Assembly: GCA_030704615.1 (NCBI GenBank)
Contig: CM060731.1
Location: forward strand, 87,854,001-87,918,000
Direction of reading: 5' to 3'
Length of the DNA stretch: 64,000 nucleotides
Origin: Takakia lepidozioides
Lineage: Eukaryota; Plantae; Bryophyta
Part shown: positions 1 through 10,983 of the stretch, piece after piece
Layout of the letters: every line of letters begins with the position of its first letter
How positions within the stretch are numbered: the first letter of the stretch is position 1
The notes under the pieces: model-generated
Databases searched by the model: none
The model's input: only the letters and a program-made list of their open reading frames with translations
Told to the model about the DNA's origin: nothing
Program-made: the position numbers and the translations under genes

Positions 1-972
1 CGGTACAGCCGGACCCGGAGCCCTGGTTTCATCCAAACCCTCATGGAGACGTGCTCGGATGTCCAAGGGCGGATTCTTGACCTCACATGTGGCACGGGTA
101 AGCCTTCACGTGCTCAGTTTGTCCCCTAGCCCGATTGCAATTTCATGCCGCAAGCTATTAACCGCCCGTTTTGTTCCTCAGGTGCTTCAATGTGGGCAGG
201 GACGTTGTCCGACAGGCATGTGTTCGCCTTTGAGCCTGATACTGCCCTCCACAACTCGGAACTTGCAGCGGCTGAACGTCTGCCCAAAGAGGAAGAGACA
301 CCCTTGGAAGTTGAGGAAAAATCTGAGAAGGAGCAGGGGGAGGAACAAGTTGGGATCGAGGCCGAGGAGCCCCCGGTTTACGAGTGAGTGGTCGCATTGT
401 AAGTTGCCTCCAGATTTTGTGAGGCACCTCCCTTCGCTTTCTTATTTCATTGAAAACCCTTTCTGCTTTTGCTGGTATTGACATTCTTGAAGTGGATTTG
501 TTCTTACTGTAGGATGCCAAGTACTGCGGGAGGGACATCTACACCGGAGTTCATGGGCAGGAGGAACGTGCCTTTTTTTGCCAGGGGGGATCTCATGCCT
601 AGTCCAGAAAGGGACTACATCCTTCCTACTTATGCTGCCCGGCTTGCTTCGGTGTCCATTAGGAGGTCTTCCGAACCTAGTTGTGTACAGCAGATTTTAG
701 ACGAGGCAAGCCTCAAGAAAATGAAGATGAGGGAGGAGGCAGCAGATATTAGAGCCCGTCGGGCTCGTAGACTTGTCTTGGATTCTGCTGAGGAAAGTGG
801 GGGAGAAGAGGCAGAAGATTCCCAGGAGGTGAGGTGGACAGTCCCCCAAGGAGATGACGGAATTTTTGAGAGGCATAGTGCAACCGATGCATCACAGAGC
901 TCGGAGGATGGGGGGGATGAGGGGGATGAGGAAGAAGGAGGGCCAAGTTCCTCGGAAGGTGTAGGAGAGTAG
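1..972 (+). pseudogene. 3' exons of ParB-methyltransferase cargo gene, copy A (SAM-binding motif I and acidic tail); 5' part lies outside the window
   Basis: 1-97 reads RYSRTRSPGFIQTLMETCSDVQGRILDLTCGT(G). A GT-AG intron at 98-181 is followed by ASMWAGTLSDRHVFAFEPD, and the last exon has RNVPFFAR..EVRWTVPQGDDGIFE. Colinear with 10984-11930 (minus), with the same intron positions. Intactness cannot be judged. Confidence 0.8.
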
Positions 973-1076
973 TTCCCATTCCTGCTATGTCAGTTAGGAC
1001 ACACTTGTATAGACGTGGCTTGCCACAAAATTTGCAATAAAATGTTGCATTTCATTGCTATGACGATTGCACATGA

Positions 1077-1183
1077 CCCTATTTCCGTGCCTCCTAACCC
1101 TATTTCCGTGGACACATAATGGCCCGCTCATGCTTTTTTTTTTCCCGCTCATGCTCATGCCGCTCATGAAATAGCAGCCCCCC
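1077..1183 (+). repeat. Left TIR of element A
   Basis: Inverted similarity to 7685-7819, including CTCATG repeats and CTCATGAAATAGCAGCCCCCC. Confidence 0.7.
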
Positions 1184-1952
1184 TCGCCTGCCTCGATGCA
1201 CTTCCACCTTGCGAGCGCAGTACCTGGGCAGGACTATCCAAAATTGACTGTGTTGCCTCGCCCCCCTGCGATCCCTCCCCAGCTCCCATGTCAAACAAAC
1301 AGGAAAACATGAGACACTGCAGGCCAAAAAAAAGGTGTAAAAGGAATAGTGTGTATGGAGTGCTTCACATCCACAAAGCACGAATCTCTCACTGGTGGGC
1401 AATCCGAGTCTCCGGATAACGAGGTCTGCATTTCCTGCATGAGACGGAGCTTAAGTCGTGTCGTCGGCGGCTTCCCAAAATCCCGCGTCCTCCTCTTTGC
1501 CAGAGTCGCCTGACCTTCCACAAACTCTATGCTATCACTATGCTGCATAAGGAGAGGAAACGCAGGAGAATGTCACTGCAGAAGGGCAAGGAGCGAGAGA
1601 GCAAAGCGGTGGAACATGCAACCACTATGCACGAGCAGATGCGTAAGCAGCCACGTCTCCGGAAGCGTTGCCACCGTCCACCACTTTCTGCCGTATGGGT
1701 GATGAAGAGATTGCGACCCCTGACACGTTCGCACGGATGAAGTCGACTGGAACACGACGCGTGCTTGTTCAAGCCACCAGTACAAGACGCTTTATCCAAA
1801 TTGCGGCACCGAAATACTGTTCCGTTCACCGGATGCTGTTCCCGGAGCAGCCGACATTGAATGAAATATCCGCACATCATGAAACCCAACCGCCATGAAA
1901 ATCCCTTGCCTATGACATTCAACAGTTAGGTCATAACGTTTCATCAGCGGAC

Positions 1953-3350
1953 GGATGAATTTCGGCGCCGAAATTCATCCTATTCAAGTGCTTTCATGCA
2001 CAAACTTATGAATTTCGGCGCCGCAATTCATCGCTTCCCCAGTCCTCATCCATCATGAGCAAACCTGTCAGTCGGATATCGGAGCCGGAATTAATTCCGG
2101 AACAGTGGAGACGGCTGCACCTGGGCACATTTCATCCATATTTTGGCGCCGAAATTCATTACGAATATCTCCGTCCGCGCGTAGACGAGGTGAAATCATC
2201 CATATTTCGGCGCCGAAATTCATCCAGTGCGAAGACTAAATCGGCACCATGCTACGCTTTGCCGCCATCATTGCCCCTCACGGATGCTGTCCATGCATGT
2301 TGGACTTGCCATGTCTGGACATTTAACTATAATTTTGGCGCCGAAATTATACTTTATGTGCGGCAACGTCCCGTGCGAAAAAAGACCACTTAATGGATAC
2401 TGTCAGTTTCAAATGAAAACAACGGCTAAAATGCAATTAATTCTCCCCCAACATGAAAAAAATCCCCTTTCGACATTGGATAACGGCCTTTTGTAAGACA
2501 GAAGTGGTTGAATGTGCCGATTTCTCCATTAAATGCAGAATATTCGTGTTATCTTCGTCGGAATGGATTATCTCCAACGAATTTCGGAACATTGCATCAT
2601 CCAGAAGCAAGAAGTAAGTGTCGGGTTCGGACGAATTTCGGCGCCGAAATCATCCGTCGCATAGAAAATGTAATATTACAGTTACTCATTGCGGACAGTA
2701 AGGATGAATTTTGGCGCCGAAATCCAGCGCTCAAACCCTTAAAAGAATTTGGAGGGATGACTTCGGATGAATTTTGGCGCCAAAATTCATTGCTTGCGAA
2801 GAAAAAAGAAAATTAGAAGGGAGGTCTTGGATGAAATTCGGCGCCGAAATTCATCTGTCGCAAGGAAAAAGAAAAAGAAGGGAGGACTTCGGATGAATTT
2901 CGGCGCCGAAATCCATCCGCAGGACAGCAGAATTAGAGTCGGAAAAGGAGAAGAAGAATGAATTTCGGCTTCGAAATTCATCCATTCTGCCTATTCAGGA
3001 TTAGTGTCATTCGGATGTGGGCACCGAAATCCGGACACGTGGTGAATCACGTCTGTAATCACGAACACATTCATCCGTATTTCGGCATCCAAATTCAACC
3101 CTTACGTGCAGAAACAATTTCATGAAGAAGATGTTCATCCGAATTTCGGCACCGAAATCCATCCGTTGGGTGCTTGCTCAGTTTTATGAGGTGAACAAAT
3201 TACGATTTCTGTCGCTGGAATTCATCCTCTGGCTTCCAAATCTGTTACATAACAGAGATGTTCATCTAGATTTCGGTGCCGAAATTCATAGGAAGGCCTT
3301 ATTTATTATAGCCCAAGTGGTGGTACATCACAATTCAGGCACCAAATATC
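1953..3350. repeat. Array of palindromes GAATTTCGGCGCCGAAATTC (type A), roughly 17-20 copies
   Basis: Perfect 28-bp palindrome GGATGAATTTCGGCGCCGAAATTCATCC at 1953-1980. Cores at 1964, 2017, 2081, 2145, 2209, 2337, 2640, 2713, 2776, 2840, 2902, 2967, 3020, 3084, 3148, 3211, 3275, 3338. Confidence 0.95.
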
Positions 3351-3536
3351 CGATGTGAACTTGCTGTTGTCGTCCGTTTTTGTACCGTACGTTATACACC
3401 TTCATCCATACGTGCACTGATCACCTATCCTGTTGGATACAGAATCCTCCAAAAAATCATTGTGGTATTAGGTAGGACATACTCTTCTCATTACAGGACT
3501 TCGTTGCGGAGCATACCGAGAGGTCCCATCTTCAAC

Positions 3537-6500
3537 ATGGACTCCCGTGTTTGGGTAAACGTGTACTTCCATCCTGATTCTCTGAAAGCTAAAATACCCT
3601 GCGACCAAGGATTTGTGATTGTCACTGAGCAGTACCTGTGTGTGAAGTTCGGGCTCCGCCCTGGAACGGTGTTTTTGGAAGAGGAGACGAAGGATGCTTA
3701 TGGAAATTTTCTGGAAAGTGCCGTCATTCTGCATGCAGATTTCGGAAAAGGCAAAGAGTGGCGGCTCCCAGCTTCTGAATCCATCCGGTACAGTGCAATT
3801 GGTGAAATCGTGCCTAAAGAGTTCCCACGCTGAAACTTGGTTGATCCTCCTTCCACAAGAGGGTCTGGCGTGCAAGATGTGAAGTCTGCCATGAAGGATG
3901 TGGGCACCTCTTCACAAGCAGAGAAGCCCAAACATGTGAAAAGGGAAATCCAGGAAAACAGGGAAACAGTCGTCAGTGACGATGAAGACTGTATGGTCCT
4001 TCCATCGTATGTTTCGAAGTCGTCCGTCACTAGGAGTGTTTAGAAGTCGGCAAACAATGAGCACACACCCTCCGACTCAACTTCCGTCCGCTCAGTAATC
4101 GACATATTGCCTGATGTTGTGGATGGGAATGCTATCTACGAGTTCCCCTCCAGTGCCGGCAGGCGCAGGCCCAGACGGCATGCTGGTAGGAATGAACAGG
4201 AAACATGACGGCTACCCTTGGTGTATCACCAAAACTTCATCGTCCAACCTGGGTGATGGAGTTCGAGTGAGATATGTATTGTGTGTTGGGCATCTTAAAT
4301 GTTTCTCGAGCACATGTTACCATTACACGAGCAAAGGCACCCGGAATGAAACTGACTGGATTGGCAATTCGTCGACCCCATTTTGGCCTCAAGGTAGAGT
4401 TCCTGCAGGGACGTTCAAGTGTGCCCATTGCAACGCAGCCCCTACGTGCATGGCAGTGTGCAACGCCAAGCAGTACTACGTCGGGACCATCGGCCCAGCG
4501 TGCACCAGAGCATGCATTCACATCGGAAAGCATGACCACCCCGTCGGCAGAGGCAATTGCAGAGTCGCTTTTCAACAAGCCCACGATATTATCAAGGAGG
4601 AGGTGAGGTTCAGGCCGGGAGCAAAACCAAAGCAGATACAGCTCGCATCCGCACATAGAATTGCAATTGGCAGAATAATGTCGGAGGACGGAAGCACAAG
4701 AGAGAAGCTGGGCTGAAGGAGCTACTAGAAGCTGTCTCCCATATGTGCAGCCCCAATGTCAGGAACCACATTGTCGGCTGCAAGAAACAAATCGGAAGAG
4801 GATCAGACATGCACTCCATCTTGGAAGTGAAGCGCACATGCGGCTACGACTTCATCCAAGGCAGCTTCTTTCCTGGTCAAGGCTCAGAGACGGAGAGGTG
4901 CTTCATATTTAAGATGTCAACGTGCGGACCGGGGAGCGGCGTCGAGTTGGTGAAGCGGATGACCAGTGGAGACCTCTCAAATTGCTGGGTCATGTTCGAC
5001 CACATCCGGCGAATTACCAACCACGATTGGGTGACAATGGGGGCACATGTATACGACCCACATTGCAGAAAGTTGATGACCATTGCTATCTGCGAAATGA
5101 AAGGAGAAGACACAGATTTGGAGTTGCATATGTGGCACGGAATTAATGAGCAAATGGCGAGAACGAAGTTGCCCCCTCCCGATTTTAGGGGCTTCATGGC
5201 TGACAATGCCCAGGCGAACTGGGCTGCAGTTAGGAGGGTATATAGGGACGACCCAAAGACTCCAATGGAAGGTAAAGAGAGATCTTGCGGGTTCCACTTC
5301 ATGCAGAGTTTGACGCAAAACACGAAAAGGTTTGTGGCGTCACGCCACCGGCAGGATCATATCAGTATGTGCCTTGCGTGGAAAAATGCGAATTCCATCG
5401 ACGAGGCGGAGACCGAGTTTGCAACCATATGCGCCTGGTGGGTGTCTTCAGGGGCAGTGGATGTGAAAGATCAGCCAGAACTGCAAACGTGGCTTGCGTG
5501 GTGGCACTATAGATTCCGCCAGTTTGGAGACTACATGAGACAGGTAACACATTTCTGTACTTGACAATTGTTCTATTTTGTGCTTGGACATTCTCCACAA
5601 TGAGTGACATTTCTAATTTCCTTCAACAGGACATGAGCTAGGAGGATGACACGGATATGCCGACGACAAACATGGCCGAATCGGTGCACTCTTCTTGGCG
5701 TGCTTCCTCTGGGGCACATCTCATTGACATGTTGACAGCAACAACAGAAGATATTGTGAGGGCCATCATGCAACAATCTCGTTACTACCAGTTTCTGGGA
5801 GGAAAGCAATGGGGTATCGGACCAGACAGGTAGGAGATGCTGATGAGGGCGGCGCATCGTTCGACCGATCCCAAAAAATGGACTGCTGCATTGCGGGAAA
5901 CAATAAGGTCAACGCCGTTACACAGTCGGGGGAACTGCCTGGAGGGCGATGTCCGTAGCCGGCCGGTGAAGAGAAGAATTGAGAACATGCCCGGAGGCGA
6001 CGGGGATTCATGGAGATCAGATATGAACATCCGCACTCAACCTCGGGGCGCAACGATGTTGCGTCCCACGCCTCCTCCCAGCAGGACTCGTACCCCCTCT
6101 CCTGCAGCATCCATGGAATCGCTGCCAGACTCGGGACACCATGCCGAGGATGAGCATGTTGTTCCTATTTTCGTTACCCAATACAGCATTCCAATCGTGG
6201 AGCGAGATGTGTCGGCCTCGCAGTGGAGAATTGCACGGACCCGTCCGACATTTCGTGGCAAATGTTGTGCTGTTCGTGTCGACACCAACCAGAGATGCAA
6301 TGAGATGATTCGGAGGAGCCCGCAGGGCATTGTGCCTGCCCCTTGCTTCACAGGGAGATTTGTGTGCGCAAAGTTTGTGGAGGCCACACTGAAGGAGTTT
6401 TGGTTCTGCAGGCACGACATCATGTCGTGTGTGTTCAGCAAGCCCAAGTATGGTGTACAAGGCATGCCTGAACCACCGGCAGTCTGGCCTGTGGCAACTG

Positions 6501-7056
6501 GTACAGATCTTACCCTGGAGGAGGCAGACGCTCTAGGAAGTGCAGGGTTTCGACTGGTGGAGAGGACAGACGTTCCACGAAATCCAATTCCCAGTCGTCA
6601 TCCTCCTCCACGAGAAGCTCTTCGCCCCGCATACTGGTGGGTGACCCCGCAGCTTGGCCCACCCAACGGTGGGGGAAACTGAAAAGACGGCGGCCACCAA
6701 CAAAGGCGAACGACACCAGGATGGCCAACGCTCTTGCAATGCCCTGCATAGTGCAAGGTTGCAGGGATGTTCCTCACCCCGGGATGGGGCGCATATTTCA
6801 GTTGTCAACAGCCGGGTCTGCTGCGCGCAGTGTCGTGTATGCAATCACGATTTCTCAGTACCCAGCTTGCAACTGTGAGGACTTCCTTGTTATGGAATCG
6901 AAGAATGCAGCATACGTCCCCTGCAAACACCTTTATTACATTTTTCTGAAGCGCATGAGTTGCATATCCGCAGTGGACATCTTCATCCATGCTCCAACAC
7001 TGAGTTTCAACGAGCTGCACAAGGCCCTACGGCAGGATACAGATCGTACTGCTTGA
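3537..7056 (+). pseudogene. MULE/MuDR-type transposase with N-terminal GCM-like domain, Cys-rich domain and C-terminal SWIM zinc finger (copy A)
   Basis: GCM-like DGYPW..CVGHLKCFSSTC..CAHC..C..HIGKHDHP; catalytic D (WVMFDH), D (FMADNA) and CxxH (SCGFH); intron 5544-5629; E in PTTNMAESVH (GAA 5678-5680); SWIM CNCEDF..PCKHLYY. Several in-frame stops and frameshifts. Confidence 0.88.
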
Positions 7057-7684
7057 CATTCCACATTCGGGAAGGAGAAAGTGGCAATTATATTACATTC
7101 ATCTTCTTGCACCCTATTTTTTTGTGAGGAATTATACACTTGGTGGTGCCGCACCACCATGGCTCCAGGTGCATTTCGGTGCCGCAATACATGAGAATGT
7201 GGTTTTTGGCCGTGAATGGCATGCGCATGTTTTTTTTATTTTGGTTGTCTATAAATGGATCCGAGTAAAGCATACATTGTGTGGAGATACACGAGCATTG
7301 AGGCCTATTTCAGCGCCGTTATTGGTCTATATACTGCATAGTGCTTCCTTGTTACTGCTCTTCATTCAATTTGTGGTGATTTCGCAGCCCATCCTGGAGT
7401 TTTCGTCCACCTTTATGAGAAGACTCCAATTTGCTACCAATACACTGTCAGTGTTTTGCAAATGTGATGCCTTTACAAGATTGCTAGTTCTGTGTCCCAG
7501 TGGGAAGGGTCCTACTGCACATTCCAACATTTGCATATTGCACCTTATGCAAACAACAATCCATACGACAAAGGACACGTCCCAGCATACTAGCAGTGAA
7601 TTGCAAAAAACCTTAACAGAAGATTATCCAAGCATGTATATTCCCCATATGGCACAGGGAAGCTACTTGATTTCTGAATTAAAT

Positions 7685-7819
7685 GGGGGGCTGCTATTTC
7701 ATGAGCCATGAGCCATGAGCCATGAGCAGAGTCGTAAGTGTGGAAAAAAACATGAGCAGCACTATTTTCCGGAAATGAGTGTCCGCGGGAATAGGGTTTA
7801 GGGTGCCACGGTCATAGGG
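7685..7819 (-). repeat. Right TIR of element A
   Basis: Reverse complement matches 1077-1183; contains a CATGAGC tandem. Confidence 0.7.
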
Positions 7820-8139
7820 GGAGAAGGACCTCCCGATGAAGGAGGTTCGGCAATGTTATTTAGAATTATATATTGAAAGGCAATGTTTCGCGAATGGAAG
7901 GGTGGTACTGCTCTGTACAATGGGGGCCCATTTCAGCCTACCAGCCACTTGCAAAATCCACCCACACTCCCAATCCCAAACGAAATGAGCAATGACGCAT
8001 TCTTGGAACGATGGACACAGAATAGAATAAAAGGAGGGCACAATGAGGTTTTTATTGATCCACATGAATTGCATTTGAAGCACGTCTATTGTGCTGATTG
8101 TGCAATCAAATCTTTAGCCCTGTGCCTACTGAATACAAG

Positions 8140-8916
8140 TCACGTTGTCAATGGGACTTCGACTGCTCTCAGAACTAGCTCATGAGTCATGGGGCTCCTC
8201 CAGGTAAAGTCGATTGCAGCCGTTGTACCGCCCCTAGTGATGTTCACCACAATGTCCTGCCCTTCAATCATACCACCATCGAATATGGAAATCTTCACGT
8301 TTTCGTCGTCCACACCAATGCGAATGTCCCCATACAATGGAGAAGAGGAGCGCACTCCTTCAGGAGAATAGGTCTCTCCGATGGAGTCCACCCACGTCCA
8401 GTGGCAGCAGTTCCACCGCAACAGCATAGCAGTGCGCCTTCTTCTGCATGGGTGACCGTCGTAGCTGGGAAAATCGGAATCGAGGATGCGCAGGAGCCAC
8501 GGACTCCTCAGACCAAGATCGTCACCCCGCTCGAAGGCGTAGTGGCCTAGGATATACTCAAAAGCCACCAATGTTTCCACAATCGAACCAGTATCTTCTC
8601 TGTAATCTGTGTACCAGATAACAATGTCTCCCGATGTGGCCAAATACATTGCATAATCGATGCCTCCAAATGGGCAGTCGTCCCGGTTCCGGAAGCACGG
8701 CATCCTTGCAAAGGAGGACCTGAGGACGACTTGGATGCCGATGACAATGACCTTGCGGACAGCTACGAAGCCCTTAGATTTTGGAAATGATGCGAAGCGG
8801 AAGAGCAGTCCGGCCTCCAATAATGGAGCATCTGGGTCCCACGCACCCACCGACGGAGGTGGAACGTGTTCATCACGCCAGCGGTGGATGAACCCATACA
8901 TCTTTCTCATCAACAA
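8140..8916 (-). CDS. Unknown protein X (likely true start MPCFRN at ~8703); paralog of 9259-9835
   Basis: Open 258-codon frame. Shares MPCxRNxxDCP..DYAM, RWNCCxWT, PxYGDIR, DGGxIxGxDIVV and ELVLRxxEVP with the neighbouring paralog. Confidence 0.65.
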   Translation of the reverse strand: MLMRKMYGFIHRWRDEHVPPPSVGAWDPDAPLLEAGLLFRFASFPKSKGFVAVRKVIVIGIQVVLRSSFARMPCFRNRDDCPFGGIDYAMYLATSGDIVIWYTDYREDTGSIVETLVAFEYILGHYAFERGDDLGLRSPWLLRILDSDFPSYDGHPCRRRRTAMLLRWNCCHWTWVDSIGETYSPEGVRSSSPLYGDIRIGVDDENVKISIFDGGMIEGQDIVVNITRGGTTAAIDFTWRSPMTHELVLRAVEVPLTT

Positions 8917-9258
8917 GTTATAGTTTGAGATCTGCCACCGAAGTCCATCCCCCGGATGGAAATTCGGCGCCGCATTTACATCGAAGAGGGGATGGACTTC
9001 GTCGTGTCCAGTGGCTATCGGCCCACCTGGCAGTGACTGCCCATAGTTTGCATGGCAGGGTAGGAAACTGAAACGGCTACATTCATGCAGCAGCCAATCT
9101 TCATCGGTCCAGGATCCTGTAGGGGGGAAATTTAAATGTGCCCTGGAGTGTTTGTGAGGAATTGCAGCGTTAGCTTGAACTTTTTCCAGCCACCGCGCTA
9201 CTCCTCCTCCATCCGGGAGCTGCTGTCATTGAGCGTACTCCGCTACTCTTTTTCAAGG

Positions 9259-9835
9259 ATGCCGTGCCGCCGAAATCCAGCCGACTGCCCTTATCATGGC
9301 CACGATTATGCTATGTTCAAACCAGAATCAGGAGAATCATTGTCTGGCTCTCTGTTTTCACAGACGCTGCTGGAATCAAGCAAGAGTCTTTGCGCGCAAT
9401 GGAGTATCTGGAGGGCTATTACCGCTTTGAGCGAGGTGAGGCGAGGGTCAATGCGGTCCGTGGGTCCTGAAAATTGTTGACCTCGATATACCAAGCTGGA
9501 AAGGGATGCCGGACAGATCACGCACGGCCTCGCTTTGGCGCTGGAACTGCTGCCAGTGGACCAGGAGGACGGCACCGGGAAAAACTATATTACGTGCAGA
9601 TCACTCCGCTCTTCCAGTGTATGGAGACATTCGGCTGAGTTGCGAAGACGAATCGCACGGGCACATGAGGCCCACAGTGACCTTGTCAATGTATGATGGT
9701 GGTATCATTGATGGACATGACATTGTCGTCGGCTCCAGCAAGGGCAGCAGAACGACCGAATTGCAGTTTACCTCGAGGTGCCACAGCAGTAATGAGCTTG
9801 TTTTGAGGGGTATCGAAGTTCCGTCGACTTGGTGA
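9259..9835 (+). pseudogene. Unknown protein X' (frameshifted, internal stop)
   Basis: MPCRRNPADCPYHGHDYAM / RIIVW..MEYLEGYYRFERGE / RTASLWRWNCCQWT..PVYGDIR..DGGIIDGHDIVV..NELVLRGIEVP are spread over three ORF-track entries. Confidence 0.7.
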
Positions 9836-10039
9836 AGCCCATGTAGAAGGAGGCTTAGTTTTGTCTGCAGTTGGTAAATGTGAGACATCGTGTTCGATCA
9901 ATAAACCCATCGTACCTCACTTCTGTTTACAATTGATGTCTCATTTCTACAATTTGTCTGTCCGCATGAATATACCAGAGTAACCGGTATGAGACCTGTG
10001 TCAAGAATATTTACAAGAGCAACGGCCATGTCGGACATT

Positions 10040-10850
10040 GAAATGCTCGTTGGCACCGCATTTCCATGTCGGCATCGAAATGCGGCACCGAATTTCCATG
10101 TCGGACAGGAAATGCGGTTGCCGCATTCAATGCGACATGGAAATGTATGTATGAACCGCATTTCAGTGTCGGACAATGGAATGCGGTGCATCATTTCCGT
10201 CCAGGTACACGAAATACCAACACGGGTCTATAAATTGGACAGACAACGAGGTTGGCATTGCAAATGCGGCGACGCATTTCCAGCTTGGCAATGGAAACTT
10301 CTTTTTGGACAAGGGAATGCGGTGCCGCATTTCCGTCCAACACTTCGAAAAGTGTGACATTTCCGACCAGCGCGATGGAATGCGTTACCGCATTCGTCCG
10401 AATGAGGAGGGTTGCAAATGGACAAATTGCGATGTCCGTTCTGGAAATGCGGCGCCGCATTTCCATGTCCGTCATCGACTTTTTTTGACAATGGAATGCG
10501 GTGCCAATTTTTGCTGATGGGCCTGCAGTTCGAACAACGACCATCCCAATATGGAAATGCGGCACCGCATTTCAATTCTGCCATCTCGACCTCCTTGTTC
10601 GACCTCCTTGTTCGACCTCTGTAAGCGTGGTGGCATCCATGCAATGAGCGGGAGAGGCCAAAACTGGCGTGTGGACAAAGGAAATTTTGGAAATGCGGCA
10701 CCGCATTTCCAATCGGCCGATTACTTTTTACTATGCCAACATTGAAATGGAAAATTTAGTCCCTCCCCTGTTTTGGAAATGCGGTGCCGCATTTCCAAAA
10801 GAGGTTTTAGAGTTGCCAAAATTTTGGAAATGCGGTGCCCCATTTCTGAT
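10040..10850. repeat. Array of type-B palindromes (G)AAATGCGGNNCCGCATTTC, about 14 degenerate copies
   Basis: Cores at 10052, 10084, 10116, 10185, 10268, 10321, 10384, 10451, 10500, 10561, 10697, 10783, 10834. Confidence 0.9.
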
Positions 10851-10983
10851 TTTGGGAGCGTCGTGGTTTGGGCGATTGTGTGGCTGGAATGCACACTGGA
10901 GAGGGGTCACGAATGTCGGGGAGAATTTCCTTTATATACTCTGGAAGAGAATTTACATTTACAGAGACTTCATTAAAATTCTA

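Larger units (their letters stand above)
1077..7819 (+). mobile_element. Mutator-like (MULE) DNA transposon copy A bounded by imperfect terminal inverted repeats (TIRs)
   Basis: The left end CCCTATTTCCGTG..AACCCTATTTCCGTGGACAC..CTCATGAAATAGCAGCCCCCC matches the reverse complement of the right end GGGGGGCTGCTATTTCATGAG..GTGTCCGCGGGAATAGGGTT..CACGGTCATAGGG. The interval encloses the palindrome array and the transposase. No clear TSD. Confidence 0.7.

Noticed and set aside
1953-3350. CRISPR array (palindromic repeats with variable spacers; also 16515-18300)
   Set aside because: No cas genes, eukaryotic intron-containing context, degenerate repeats, and spacers that are related to each other or form higher-order duplications
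7124-7711. 195-aa ORF after transposase A
   Set aside because: No recognisable motif, no counterpart after transposase B, and it runs into the TIR
7791-7803. Telomere-like TAGGGTTTAGGG (similar single units at ~43660 and ~53072)
   Set aside because: Only one or two units, forming part of TIR or promoter-like sequence, not a telomeric tract
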